64,000 nt of DNA from Octopus vulgaris (GCA_951406725.2 OX597830.1:25296001-25360000), one strand, 5' to 3'. Positions 12,684-26,213 are shown, counted from the first letter of the stretch. Notes: generated by a model not told the origin, from the letters alone. Numbers and translations: made by a program.

Positions 12684-13578
12684 TGTAGCATGGCAGTTTC
12701 AGCCATTTTGAAATATGACTATAGCGATTTCTAATATCTTCACTGTTTGAAAGGCAAGGCAGAAATGATCTCGTTTGAGGTTACAGCCATCTTTGGCCAA
12801 CTTGTTCTTGTTGTAAACACTAACCTGATTGGTTGACATGTGACACGAGTGGTCTCTACATAGTTCGCGCCTCTGGTTGACATGTGACACGAGTGGTCTC
12901 TACATAGTTCGCACCACTGGTTGACATGTGACGCGGTTTGTCTCTACATATTTCGCGCCATTGTTCCAAGCCAACCAATCGCGGCCTTTGGTAAGATTCC
13001 ATTTCTGAAGTTCGTTTGAGCCACCCAAACGGTATATAAAGGAGTGTTTTCAGACACTTTTCGTCTTTTAGTTCCAGTTCTTCTAAGAGCTAACTTTAGG
13101 CCACAGCGTTACTCAACCAAACGATATACGATTGTTCCTGCTACTACTAGCTACGACGCTAATGTACACTATCACAGAAAGCCTACTACATTCGCCGTCT
13201 CCATCATCATGTAATCGACTTCGAGTCACCTCTAACATCTTTGCCACACAAACTGTAAGCCGAATTCCATTATTGACTCTTTGCTTCGTACTTTTCTATG
13301 TCAACCGCATTCACCCTGTTTGTTCTGTTACACACACGAACACACAGACACAAACACGTGTTGCATGCGTACATACGTGCTAACGTTTACAAACTCCTAA
13401 CATTGACACGATTGTAAAATAAATAATGTTTATATATCAAACAGAAGACTTGTTGTCAATCCACTTATGTTCTATTGTTACTGCATGTATTTATGGCTTG
13501 TAATAATTCGTTAAGAGTAGAACCACGTGCGATCGTATTTCCTACACGATACGACCACATGTGATCCTATTTCTTACA
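12684..13578 (+). mobile_element. solo LTR (895 bp, probably Gypsy-type)
   Basis: TGTA...TACA termini, 4-bp TSD AAAC (12680-12683 and 13579-13582), internal CCAAT, TATATAAA (~13033) and AATAAA (~13420). It splits the host element. Confidence 0.75.
12830..12962. repeat. 44-bp tandem repeat x3 in the LTR U3-like region
   Basis: GGTTGACATGTGAC starts at 12831, 12875 and 12919. Confidence 0.9.
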
Positions 13579-14880
13579 AAACAAAAAAAAAAACACGACT
13601 GAAAACAATACCTCCGTCTTCGCCAAGGCGGAGGTAATAACAGATGCAAAAAGTGACGAATACACAACGCAGCGAAAAAAGTATTAAATATAACCGTTAA
13701 CAGATATGGATATATAAACGCCCTCGCTTTGGTTGTATGGCGCACGTACAAACGTCCACGAAGATATAAGCATACGCACATGCGTGGTTTGGCGCACATA
13801 CGCTCATACAGCGAATTACACAGCTACTTAGTGTTTATAAGAATGGGGCGGCTAGAGTTACAGTCAATTCATCGATACCTTATGGTAAATCAGTTACACA
13901 TACACACACACGAGTGAATGCACAAGCGAAAGAAAGTAATAATTAACACATTTGGTAACAGTTACATATAATTTTTTTTATAATAGTTTGACTCAGCTCC
14001 ACATGACTTCATGTTTCGTGGGTGCCTAGGACATGTGTGCGAGCACGTACGTGTGTGGCGGATGCGCAGCTGTGCGTGCGTGTTTGCGCGTGTATAGAGA
14101 TATACATTTTTGAGGTCCGATTGTGTAAATGTTTTGAATTACTTAAAGTAGACTTAAGCTTTATGGTACTCATTGTTCTTGTTGCTATCAACTTTATTAT
14201 CAATTGTTCACCTGTAAAGAAGATAGAAAACTTGCTTTCGAAAGATCTGACCGACCTTTCCGATCCCTCATTAAATCATCTGCTTCACTACACAATATAA
14301 GCAAGGACAGAAAGTTCATTCCGGCAGCCGACATCTCACTTCGCTTTTGACACAGCTCCCATGGAGAAAACATTGTAGCCCGCAGCCAATTTGGTCAAGA
14401 GCTATATGCTCCTTCAGCATTAAAAGACAAGACCTTCACCATCACCAGTAGGATAGACAGAGTCTTCACTAACAACATCAGAATAAACTAGGTCTTCTGC
14501 CATCGTTACCTTCGTCGCCATCTCTTCGTTATGTAAACCGTAACAATTTCGCCTTTTACTATGTCAGGTCAGCCAATTAGTTGTCACGCACGCATTGATG
14601 CAAATACAGTGACAAACATTTTTACATATAAGATGTATTTACTCAAAATATATGTTTGACTCGGTAGTGATTAAAAAGCATTGATTTATGTAAACGATCG
14701 ATAATACATACATATATACATGCATGTATTATTGGCCGTCAAAATCCGAGATATCTGATGAGAGAAATTCCATGTCTAATTGTCCCTTTCGGCTAATCGA
14801 TTTCTCTATATCGCTTCACTTTGATTTTTATTACATGCATTTCTAGCGTACACAATTTCGTTTATTGCTTATACATACTT

Positions 14881-14928
14881 TTCATCTGATGATAATCTGT
14901 GAAGGATTATTGAAACGTACGTAATGGA
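14881..14928 (+). ncRNA. minimal type-I hammerhead ribozyme-like motif (imperfect stem II junction)
   Basis: TTCAT-CTGATGA-TAATC/GATTA-TT-GAA-ACGTACGT-A^ATGGA. Stem I TTCAT/ATGGA, palindromic stem III, GUA triplet. Confidence 0.6.
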
Positions 14929-15359
14929 TTGTTCGAAATATCATGAATTTGTTTTTATGTGTTCATTTCAATTACATGTGGCTCTTCGTACCACGTTACC
15001 TGCCTCCGTAATTATGCTATTTATACCGTGCAATACATGAGCTCGGGAGTTTAACGTGACTTCCGTATCGAGTTTTCAGCAGTTATTTGTTCATTTTAAC
15101 ACATATACGCACGCGCTAACGATGCGTTAGGAAAGTCTGTCTTTGAAGCTATAATTTACAACAGAATAAATCTATAGATTTCAGCCAATACAGCTGGTAT
15201 AAATTAAACTTAACTAAATACACTGGACAGTTGTAAGCAGCTGGCTTTCTATACAGTCACTTCCTGGATAGGAAATACAAGATCAGTTCAGTTGCTTCCA
15301 CTCGAACCAGCCGTTAGAAATGTGTCTTTCAGTGCAAATCAGTTTATAATAATAGCAGT

Positions 15360-15392
<33 letters not shown>

Positions 15393-15890
15393 TAGTACTT
15401 CGCTGTCAGATATGTAGTCAGTTGCCAATTAAATCTTAGTAGAAACAGAAATTCTCCCATGACAACAAAACCTTTGTTAGATCGGAATTAAAATATAAAC
15501 AAAAGTGAAGAGGTTAAAAAATATTTTACAAGTCGGATAACACAGCTGCTTAATCTCTCGTACTTTAAACGTTTCATTCAACTCAAATTACAGACTCTTT
15601 GGACTAAGTTTTATCATCAGAAATTTTAGTTCTTGTGCATAAAATCCCGAACACCATTGTCACATTATTTCTCAAGCTATTATCACCATCTCTAACAGAC
15701 CAACGACCCTTTTCACCTCTTTGCATCACCAAAACTTTAACTTTTCAATTACAGGTACACACTGATGTTCCGGTATCCCTGAGTCCAAAGACTTGACAGG
15801 TTAACCGTTTTGCCGGATTATCTGCGGTAACGTAATAATAATTCGTCAACACACTTCTTACCTACCAATTATGCACTATGATGCCATATA

Positions 15891-16730
15891 CAAGGTGTTC
15901 GGGCTAAATTTGACGATTTCTTGTGTCCTTTTTCAGAAACAGCTTGATATATTGGTGAAAAGTTAAATGCATTGGGGGAACATACCAATTAAAGTTGTAA
16001 CTGAGAAAAAAAGTTAGCTGATATGGAGGACTGGAAGCCATCAGAATATTGGAAAATAGTTACCTGTACCATGACGATTCGCGCCGGGTATAAAAATGCC
16101 GACATAATGACTGCTGCTCAATGCTCAGTGAACACTTAAAGGTTGTAATGACGTGACATGGACAGCTGCAACAGAGACTACGAAGACGTGGTCAGCAGGC
16201 GTTCTGACTGCATCCACATGCCGGGTCGGAGTTTATCCAACAACTGATGAATAGGGTCTTAGGTTCATTTCAGACAGCTACGTGAAGCTGCTGAAGACTA
16301 TGTTGTTGCTGGAAGGCCACATATGTGACAGCAGGATTTTTCTCCTTACCATACCTGGGGAAGAGGTGTGTGTGTGTGGGGAATTCTATGACTTTGCCAA
16401 GCCCAACTTCTGGTCTCCTAACCAGAATTGTAATTCTGTGGATTACTACATGTGGGGCGCGGTTGAGAAAGATACCAACTGCTCTGTCTGCAACGCCAAG
16501 GACAAGCTGGTGGCAAAGATCAAGGAGTTGTTCAAAGATCCCAGGAACGCATGTATCTGGTTCCAAAACCGTCTTAAAGCCGCCGTAGAAGCTGTAGGCG
16601 GCTACTTTTGAGTAAACTATTATCTCTTAGCTTGTAATCTAGTTGATCTTCTTTTTAGATTTTTAAAAAATATGTTCTTTTCTGGATGGTATATTGTTTT
16701 CTTTTCCTTTTATGCAAACCGAACACCCTG
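15891..16730 (+). mobile_element. Tc1/mariner-type element, internally deleted
   Basis: TIRs TA|CAAGGTGTTCGG and CCGAACACCCTG. The remnant FWSPNQNCNSVDYYMWGAVE resembles WPPNSPDxNPLDYxxWG, and it ends ...AVEAVGGYF. Confidence 0.8.
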
Positions 16731-17039
16731 TGTATCGGACAGTTTACGCACCGAATCATAACGGTCCATTTTCTTCTATAGTTCTACTTTGTCTTGGCTC
16801 GATATGAACTGGTCTTAATGCTTGACACTACAACTGGTGCTCTCGGTTCTCCTACCTGTAATAACCATAACTAAAGGTAACTTTAAGCTAAATAAGCAGA
16901 AGATCTCTCAAATTTTTGTATTGCCACTAACAGATGCTGTGCATATAAATTCTTTCTACAATAGGCACAAGGACTGCATTTTTGAGGGGAGGGGTTAATC
17001 AATGATACCGACTGGCATGTTTGCTTGATTTTATTGAAT

Positions 17040-17392
17040 TTCTTATTTCTTTATTGCCCACAAGGGGCTAAACATAGAGGGGACAAACAAGGACAAAGGG
17101 ATTAAGTCGATTACATTGACCCCAGTGCGTAACTAGTACTTAATTTATCGATGAAAGGCAAAGTCGACCTCGGCAGAATTTGAACTCAGAACGTAACGGC
17201 AGGCGAAGTGCCGCTAAGCATTTCGCCCGGCGTGCTAACGTTTCTGCCACCTCGCCGCCTTCATTTTATTGAATTTCCGAAGGATGACAGGCAGCGTCAA
17301 CCTCGGTGCAGAATTTGAACTCAGAACGCAAAGCCGAAAGAAATGCCAAGATTTTGTCTGGTGCGGTGAGGATTCTGCCAGCTTGCCGCCTT
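17040..17392 (-). mobile_element. two SINE family B copies
   Basis: Reverse complement of the family B core (GAAAGGCAAAGTCGACCTCGGC.GAATTTGAACTCAGAACG). Confidence 0.8.
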
Positions 17393-18074
17393 TCTGTTTA
17401 AATAAGGCATACAAACACAACTCCTCCCTTTGGTTACGCAGTGAACTAGACTGGCTGTCACAGCAATTTTAATCTCTCCGCCCCCGTAATTTATTCTATT
17501 AAAGGATGCGCCGGATCAGCAGTTGCTGGAAAATCGATGGCATATCTGTAGTTACCCCCCACCCTCACTTTGAAACTCGCTTTCTTCCTTAGGGTTTGAA
17601 ACTTATTCTTTCTCTGGCCTTAAAGAAAATAGAAAGAAATTATGCAATGGGCGGAAATGATTTTGAATCATTCGTAAAATGAAACTGAAAGTTTTTATAT
17701 GCGGAACTACAAGTTGTTTAAATAAGGAAGTAGTGGCTAAAAGTGACAGATCCAAAGCGTCTGTAAGAATGGCGTAAGATATAAATGGTGATTAAACATC
17801 TCAGTGAAACAACCATAACTTATAGGCGTCATCTAATGTATTTAGAGATTATCTTACAGATTTTCACACAAAGAAAAGAAAAAAATAAATGAATAAACCG
17901 ATCATATTTTACACACATAAAGCAGGTTTATATTTCAGTTTCATTTTACCGATGATTATTACTAAAATTATTTTTTTTCACTTCTTTTTTTTCTCAATTG
18001 TCCGCCATTTTAAGCACTTAAAGCGAAAGATCGCCTAAGTGTTTACGTTTAGAAAGTACGTTTTGTTTTAAGAT

Positions 18075-19237
18075 ATCTCTTATTATAAAAGGCAGATTTT
18101 ATCTGCCTCCCTTTGGGAGTTATACAAATCTACAATATAGGATTTCTTCAATTACAATTTACCTAGCATTTTTTAAGAGTACAATGCATCGCGTCATGCC
18201 AGGTCCAGTTTTTAAAATTTAAACTCCAATTAAGCAAAATTTACAGAAAACTCACATTCTGGTGTGTGTGTCAAATGCTTTTCTTAGTCTGCTTTACACC
18301 ACACGCAAACGCACACACACAGTGGGCAACGAATAAAATGAAAGTAAATGTAATATTTGTTTCTGTCTATCACGCTGATAGATACATGAGTAAAATGTAC
18401 GGGAAGCTAACAGTGAGTGAAAATGTTCTTGGAAGAGAGTAAATTAGCGACAGAGTGATTTGAGGAAGACTAAACTGAAAGTATGAAACAGTGTTTATGT
18501 ATAAACAGACGACACTTATATAAACCCTTTCGTTACCAAACCGCCCGAATTTACCTATTCATATTTAAATGAGAATATCAGAGTAAATCTCTTTAGTACA
18601 TTCGTGAAAACACGTATTATACTTCGTAAACACTTCAAATACAGTTTTGTACAAAAATCGAAGTGTAATTTTAATTCCGTGAATTATGGGAGATTTTTTT
18701 CCGAAATTTGTTCCTATTGTGTTTTCAAAATTTGTAATTCTGACAAAAAATGGATACGAATTTCATTATATCAAGCAGCGAGTCAGAATTCGAAGGATTT
18801 TCTACTGAAGACCTTCATAAATCTAACTCTATGACTGAAAAAAAAAAGCATCTTTATATAAGAGTGAAGTTGTGTGTCTGTCCCCTTCGATTTAGATTCG
18901 TAACTACTCCCACATTTTGCCGTGCAGTTTAACCAAAAGCGGGTATCTTATAGTCGTGATTCATATCGAGCCCTTCTGGGTATTAGCGCGCGTCTACGAT
19001 GAGTCTACGATTTAAAAAAAAATTACCATCATATTTTTCCATTTTAATGCATTTTTTTCGCTTTTATATAAGGGAAGTAACTCTCTAAAAATATCTACGA
19101 TGTGTCAACGATTTAAAAAAAAAATTTACCTTAATTTTTTTTCAATTTTTAATGCATTTTTTTGCTATAACTCTCTAAAAATGCTTATATAGTTATTTCC
19201 CTTACAAACCCGAGCAACGCCGGGCGATACTGCTAGT
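18075..19237 (+). mobile_element. non-autonomous Helitron(s), composite
   Basis: 5' TC..TATTATAAAAG head, a second head at ~18851, and a 3' hairpin CCCGAGCAACGCCGGG followed by CTAG|T. A piggyBac-like end fragment (AACCCTTT...) lies at about 18522-18840. Confidence 0.7.
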
Positions 19238-19389
19238 ATATATATAAAAAAAAAAACGTTTTATTTGAACAGATTTTAATCGTTTTGTACTTCTCTCTAT
19301 ATTATTAATCTAAAATTGCTGTATGTAACGTACCATTTGCATGTATTTTTTTAATTTCCGTTTTATCCAGAGAGCAGAATAAAGTTATA

Positions 19390-19745
19390 TATCTCTCTCT
19401 ATATAAACGGCAAAATGTCTGTCTGTGTGTGTCTCCTTTATACAAATCCACAATTTTTCAGTTAGAGGGCTCGCACTTTCTATAGTCATTCAAAACCGTC
19501 CAAGGGTGGTCGTGCACATCTTTACATTTCCCCAGTCTCCCCGCAAAGCCATTAGAATATCAATAGAAGTGACTTTTTTGTAAATTTTCTATCCAACACC
19601 CAAAACTTGATACGCCAATTGAATGACAGCTAGCTGTATGTAATTGGTCGGAGATTTGGACAGAACTCGCGTGTGTGCGCACGCACGCAGCTGTATATGC
19701 ATGCACTAGCACTATGACCCGGCGTTGCCGAGTCATAGTGCTAGT
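19390..19745 (+). mobile_element. non-autonomous Helitron with a palindromic 3' end
   Basis: TCT..TATATAAA head followed by (TGTC)n, and a 3' end ...GCCGAGTCATAGTGCTAG|T. Confidence 0.7.
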
Positions 19746-20511
19746 ATATAATATAACCCCTCTTTATATTTTCTATTATTGTAAATTTTACTTTCATAGT
19801 ATACCACACATTGTTATTTAGGCTGATAATCCCGACTGAGCAGACTTGTCATCAGAGGCGTTCTGTCTACGCAGTTACAAAATAAACCCAGCCGTAAGGA
19901 GTCATATGAATATCAGATGCACCAACATCCATTTCAGCAGCTAGTACAAGTTATAATATCTCTCAGCAAGTCGCCTTGCACAAGGTCCCAATCCGATGCA
20001 ACAGCTACCCATCCTTCAAAGTTACATGTATGGTCCTTTGGGCAGAGACATCTCAGTCACAACAATTACGGCAAATAACGAATTAAGACGATCAAATACG
20101 AAAGGTTCATCCATCCTTAAGTCCTTCGCAAGTGGTTTCCCTTTACTTCTTCTCGATGTAAGTAACTATAGGAACCAACAGAAAATCTCTCGATATGAAA
20201 CTATTTTCAGCTGAAGAGGAATTCCCACTACCACCAGCTTGTTTTCCCAAAAATTTAAATCAACTTTTCACCAATAGCAGCATTATTCACTAATGTGAAT
20301 TACAATTCCCAAGCCGAACTAGATATTTTATACAAATGGTCTTTTTAACTTACTCGAAATATTATTTTCAAACCTGCACTTCACAACCTTTGTAAGAAAT
20401 TTGATTTAGTGCCTTGAAATATTGATTATTGTAACCACTTTCTGGTGATAATGCAGAAAAATGAAAGCTGAACACACACATCTCATTTGGTCAATGAAAA
20501 ACATAACAATC

Positions 20512-20890
20512 AGGCGCAGGAGTGGCTGTGTGGTAAGTAGCTTGCTTACCAACCACATGGTTCTGGGTTCAGTCCCACTGCGTGGCATCTTGGGCAATTG
20601 TCTTCTGCTATAGCCCCGGGCCGACCAATGCCTTGTGAGTGGATTTGGTAGACGGAAACTGAAAGAAGCCTGTCGTATATATGTGTGTGTGTGTTTGTCC
20701 CCCTAGCATTGCTGGACAACCAATGCTGGTGTGTTTACGTCCCTGTAACTTAGCGGTTCAGCAAAAAAAACCCGATAGAATGAGTACTGGGCTTACAAAG
20801 AATAAGTCCCGGGGTCAATTTGCTCGACTAAAGGTGGTGCTCCAGCATGGCCGCAGTCAAATGACAAACAAATAAAAGAAAAAAAAAAAA
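20512..20890 (+). mobile_element. SINE family A, full length (tRNA-derived head)
   Basis: GGCGCAGGAGTGGCTGTGTGGTAAG (A box) ... GGTTCAGTCCC (B box), internal microsatellite, A-rich tail. Confidence 0.9.
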
Positions 20891-21363
20891 ATCAACTCTC
20901 AAAATGAATTTCATTGTGTGGAAGGCTGAAATATTTTGGACTAAAAATGAAGTTATTTTATCGCAAATATCTCAGTATTATTAATGCATAGGCTTCACCT
21001 AAAATATTGATCTGTTATATTCAGAATGCATCCAAGTCAATGATGGAAGTGGGCAGGTCATTGTTATTCAAAAAAAATATTGGAGATATTTGCTTCTATC
21101 TGAATGTATGTCGGTAATAATTGTACGTCATTCTCCAATGCTCGTAGTTAGAGATAAGATTTTTTAGTCAAGATGTAAGGCACTGCTCATGACCATTAAC
21201 GTGATGTTTGAGACTGGTGAGATTGGTACTCCAAGTGTTAGTGATAAAGTGGGCAACAGATTAAGTCTATCATCAGCGAGATACTTTTAATCCAAAGTAA
21301 ATTCTTTTAGGCTAATTGCATGCCTGAAAGGTATAATTAGAGATTCTTCCATCTTTAATGAAA

Positions 21364-21866
21364 ACTAGCAGTATAACCCGGCCTTGCATGGGATTAAGTT
21401 ACGATTATTAAGCTAATCAAGTTATTTCAAACCAAACTAAGTAATATCGACTCAACAAAACCCCTTTTTTTACACGGCGTAAAATAAAAACAAAACTCTT
21501 TCGCACCCAAAGTAATGTGTGTGAGAGAGAGGCGGGGGGAAGATGAACGATTTAAAATAAATAAATATATTGTAATTGTTGTGCGAGGAAGTATATATAC
21601 TATGATTATAAAATATAGTTTTTCAAAAACATCCTGAATTTGAACACTATATCTCATGTTTCAGAAAAAACAAAACTTTTATTTTTTATGAACGTCTTCA
21701 TTTACTTTCTATCTCTCTGCCCCTCTTCTTTATCTTTTTTTTTGTTAGACACTGTCAATAAGCTATGGCTGAAAATAGAATTTTACTGCTATCCATGGGT
21801 GCCTCGGGGGGAAAAAAATAAGTTGACAAAACCCAGATAGGGTGACATCATGCCTTTTATAGATAT
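21364..21866 (-). mobile_element. non-autonomous Helitron
   Basis: Minus strand ends CCCATGCAAGGCCGGGTTATACTGCTAG|T and begins ATCTATAAAAGGC. Confidence 0.6.
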
Positions 21867-22499
21867 GATAAACAGTAGTAGCCCATAACCTTATATGACC
21901 AAAAGATTATGTGTATAGTGAAACCAACAATGGTGCCATCAGGTTATCTACCTGAAATCAAATCTCCCATGTCAAGTACAAAAGGAGTACAATGTATGTT
22001 AATTTTTCATGTAATAAATCACACTTGATTATTGGTACTCAATGGAGGGAGATGAACTTCAGTAAGCAACAGCCATGGGAGGTTGGAGCCAAGCACTGTA
22101 AGCTCAAGCTTATGATTACCCAACCTTGTTTTTAGCATCAGTAATGTGCTAACATTGAATTGCTTTCTCTTTTTGTAATTTCATTTAATTTTCAACAGGC
22201 TCAGGTCAACCATTGTAAATTACATGATGCTTATTTTTCTCATTTTTACAAGTTTTGTTTAGAGACTAACCAAGTTGCTGTAGGTTCACAACAAATAAAA
22301 CCTACAAGGCAGTTAATAGGTTGTAGCTGATTTACACAGAATGAAGATAAAACTTGTCAAAAATCAGGAGAAAGAATTTTATAAAAATATTCTCAACTGT
22401 AAAGGCAGCAGAAAAACAAAAAGAAAATCCCACTTTTTTTCTGGTGGTGGTAAGGGGACCCCAATTTTTGTTAGTTTAAGAACCACTAGGCTACAAGAT

Positions 22500-22855
22500 T
22501 ACTCTTTACTCTTACTTGTTTCAGTCATTTGACTGTGGCCATGCTGGAGCACCACCTTTAGTCGAGCAAATTGACCCCGGGACTTATTCTATTAGTCTCT
22601 TTTGCCGAACCGCAAAGTGACGGGGGACGTAAACACACCAGCATCAGTTGTCAAGCAATGCTAGGGGGACAAACAGACACACACACATATACGACAGGCT
22701 TCTTTTAGTTTCCGTCTACCAAATCCACTCACAAGACATTGGTTGGCCCGGGGCTATAGCAGAAGACACTTGCCAAAGATGCCATGCAGTGGGACTGAAC
22801 TCGGAACCATGTGGTTGGTTAGCAAGCTACTTACCACACAGCCACTCCTGCGCCT
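22500..22855 (-). mobile_element. SINE family A, full length
   Basis: Reverse complement of the 20512 copy. Confidence 0.9.
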
Positions 22856-23884
22856 ATTGGTCAGTTTCAGTAATGAATATTCAGGTGTTCCATCAACTAG
22901 TTTACCTTATTGAATTAACAGGTAAGGAACTGAGGGTTGAAATGTTTGGGATACTGAAACTTGCTCATAACCTGATTTGCTAGCACAATCTGCACAACAG
23001 TAACAAGTTCGAACCTTTGAATTAGAATCCATCCACTAGGCTTCACTCACAAGTCAACCCAAGGATATTGTAAACCAATTGCCCCAAAATGCCTTGCTGT
23101 GGGATCAAATCCCTTAAGGCCACGATTGCAAAACCTCTTTACCATGCTGCACCATTTTAACAGACTTTTCCATGCTTGCATGGGTCAGACAATTCTCTAG
23201 TATTGGATGCCTTTCCAAGCAAGGTAAATATATCCCCATGACCATACATGCTTCCATGGCAGACTGGAAATAAAACAATTCTTGTATGACAGCAACACTT
23301 GATTTGCAACTATCATATAAGAGGAACAAACATACATACAACTAGTATCCTTCAGCTTCCATCAATGAAATCCACTTAAAGGTTTGGTTGTCCTAGGGAC
23401 TATAGAAAACACTTGCCCGCAGTGGAACCGAATCCAAAACCTTGTGGGTGGGAATCAAGCTTAATCACACAACTATGTTTGCACACACACACACACACAA
23501 ATAAATGTTTGCTGGTTCTTGGTATACAATATAGAAGTGCTCAATACAAGTTGATAGCAAATTGTAGGTTGAGCCTCAAAATTTTTCTAATCAAAACCAT
23601 GATTTTTTTTTTTCTTTATAACCATTTTTCTGTGTAAGCACAGACATTTTAAATAGAAATACTGAGACTAGTGGGAAGAGATCTTCATGCTTGCTGCAGA
23701 CTAGACTGGTAAAAGACTAATTGGATAGTGGCAATACTAAGTAGTGGAATTTTAAAGTATATCACCCAACTAGTTAATGTATAAAAAGGTATTTATGTGT
23801 GTGTATACACACACCACTTAATTTCATGTGATGGTTGTAAGCAAACATCACTTTCATACATTGTTCCCAGCCTTCCACGGAAAA

Positions 23885-24098
23885 GTATTTTATTCTACTC
23901 AAGGTACAAGGCCAGAAATTTTTGGGGAAGGGGTCAGTTGATTAGATTGACCTCAATACACAACTGGTACTTAATTTATCGACCCTCCCCCCCAAGGATG
24001 AAAGGCAAAGTCGACGAAATTTTAACTCAGTACTTAAAGACAGACGAAATACCGCTAAGCATTTCGTCTAGTGTGCTAATGACGGCCAGCTTGCCGCC
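23885..24098 (-). mobile_element. SINE family B
   Basis: Family B core and head on the minus strand. Confidence 0.8.
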
Positions 24099-24565
24099 TT
24101 TTCCATGGAGAAATATTGCCTTGCTTGTAACTAGGAAATCTAATTGTAGAAAATATATCTCAAATTCCATCTGATCTATGCAGGCATGGAAAAATGGGCA
24201 GTAAAATAACATTAAAGTGAAAGAAATGAAATTGAATTTTTCAAATGATTTATGTATAATTTTTTTTTCTCGTATTAAAACAAATTGAACGAAATATACA
24301 CAGGGTAATAATATCTGATACAATACATGAAATATACACAAGTTTGTGGACAATAACAGCTGAAAACATATACACTGAGAACAGAATGCTAGAAAGCTGT
24401 ATGTACTGGAGAGAGCCAGGATGAGAGGCTAATAAAGAGCAAAATGGGGTTGGTGAAAAAAAAACAAAAACAAAAAAAAAACCCCCGACTAGTTGGAGGT
24501 GAGCTTGTTTTAAAATTTTTGCCAATTTAAACTTCATAGGAAAACACAACTGCAACAATTGGTCT

Positions 24566-24582
24566 TTTATTGGATTATAAAA
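24566..24582 (-). promoter_or_regulatory. candidate distal poly(A) signal with adjacent CPE
   Basis: Minus strand TTTTAT-AATCC-AATAAA near the end of a long repeat-free tract downstream of cyclin B. Confidence 0.35.
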
Positions 24583-26213
24583 TGTGTGTCTAGATATATG
24601 AACTAGTCAACATTAAAAGCTTGTTAAAGTCACTAAAGCTCTTAAAAACTAAACTGAGCAGACTATAAGATTCAATAATTTTCTCTTGTATAAAAACATT
24701 GCTTGATTACTTTGTATAAAAAGGAATGCTCTAGTTGGAATTCTTTTTCAGAAATGTCAATTGGAAATTGTCTCAAATATTTATCAACAGAAGGAAAATA
24801 ACACTAGTTTCTTATAGAGTAAAGAGGAAAATACCAGTCCAGTTAAGAAATAAACTGCACTCACAAACTCCAGCCATATACCAGGAGCCAGCAGTCTACA
24901 CTAATTTTTCATTCCAGAAGACAAGACAAGGGAAAAAAAAAAAAACGAAACAAAAAAATTTTCAATGATGCAAAAGTTAGGCCTTTCTTAGAACAGTACC
25001 TGTTATAATTAGTCTTTAGGCAACTAAGTCATACATATCTGCTCTATATTACACTATGTTGAAACTTGAGTAAACACAAGCAGATTGAGGCATCCTGGGC
25101 AAGAAAACTTGAGTTTGTTAGTGTTAGAATGCTCCTTAATTACTATAAAAATAGGGGAAGGAAAAAAAAAAAAAAGAATTTGGTCATTTCAACCATCTAC
25201 TTTAACTGTAATTCACAAATGGATTTTAAAAATACCAGGTTATATACATATGTACAAATTTTAAATTTTTGTTTAAGTTAAAACATTGCAACTTATGCAA
25301 TATTAATATAAATGTAGGTCTGAAAGATTGTATGACAATTCTAGAATTAAGTTCATGACAAAAATTGCAGGTTACCTTATGAGTAACACTTATCCTGAAA
25401 GACAAACCAGAATTACCGTTATAACTTGAAATGTACAGATACAAAATATTGTTGCAATGGGTAACAGATGGTCGTAGTGTGTAAGAAGAAAAGTTTATTC
25501 AGAATTATCAACACATATGGAAATAATTTACTGCTGGGCTTAACAAAAAGAGGCCTCAAAACCTCAGCTATGTTTTAAGGTTTTCTTCTCATGCTTACAT
25601 TACTTAAGTGATAGCAAAATTGCCAAAGAGGTAGGTTGATGTCATCAGCAATATTCTCACAAAACAGCCAATATTATGCGACACAAAAGAACCAACCATT
25701 TTACATTTAACTAAACCTAAAGTTTGCTAACATCTGTATTAAACCCAGAAATTGTAACGCTATACTTCTGTATTAAAAAATTTAAAAACTGAATTGGTCA
25801 TTTAAAATCAAAAAAGATAACCATGAGAAAACTAAGGAAATGATTGCCATGAAACAAACTTGTGTCTCATTGCAGATATAACAAACATACCAGATACTGA
25901 TCTTAAGTGTTTGTCATATCTGTAATGGTTATGAAATACTATCACAAAAATTACCAGAAATTTGTCCAAAACTGAAATGGACAATTAGCAATAATACCAA
26001 GTACAGTATCAGTGATAGGAAGTATTGAACATCATTTGATAAACAACACCTTCCATTTCAAATACCAATTGTGTTCTCAAAGAATAAAACATGAATTAGA
26101 ATTAAACGTTTATAGCTCATGTTGGTTTAATCAACAATAAATGTGTTTAGTTCATTACAAAATTATATTTGTGTACTTAGCACAGTAGATAAAATCATTT
26201 AAGCATAGTGACA

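Larger units (their letters stand above)
11690..13640 (+). mobile_element. non-autonomous Helentron/HINE-like element, interrupted
   Basis: The 5' ACCTCCGCC (11716) is inverted relative to the 3' hairpin TACCTCCGTCTT-CGCC-AAGGCGGAGGTA (13609-13636). An internal unit (GGTACC.GATCGATCCCAA) is repeated at about 11870 and 12560. Confidence 0.6.

Noticed and set aside
12830-12962. Regularly spaced repeats resembling a CRISPR array
   Set aside because: Head-to-tail 44-bp units with no unique spacers, inside an LTR in eukaryotic DNA.
19900-21350. Faint LINE-like reading on the minus strand (similar signal at 4700-6100 and 9840-10320)
   Set aside because: Too degenerate to name without a profile search.
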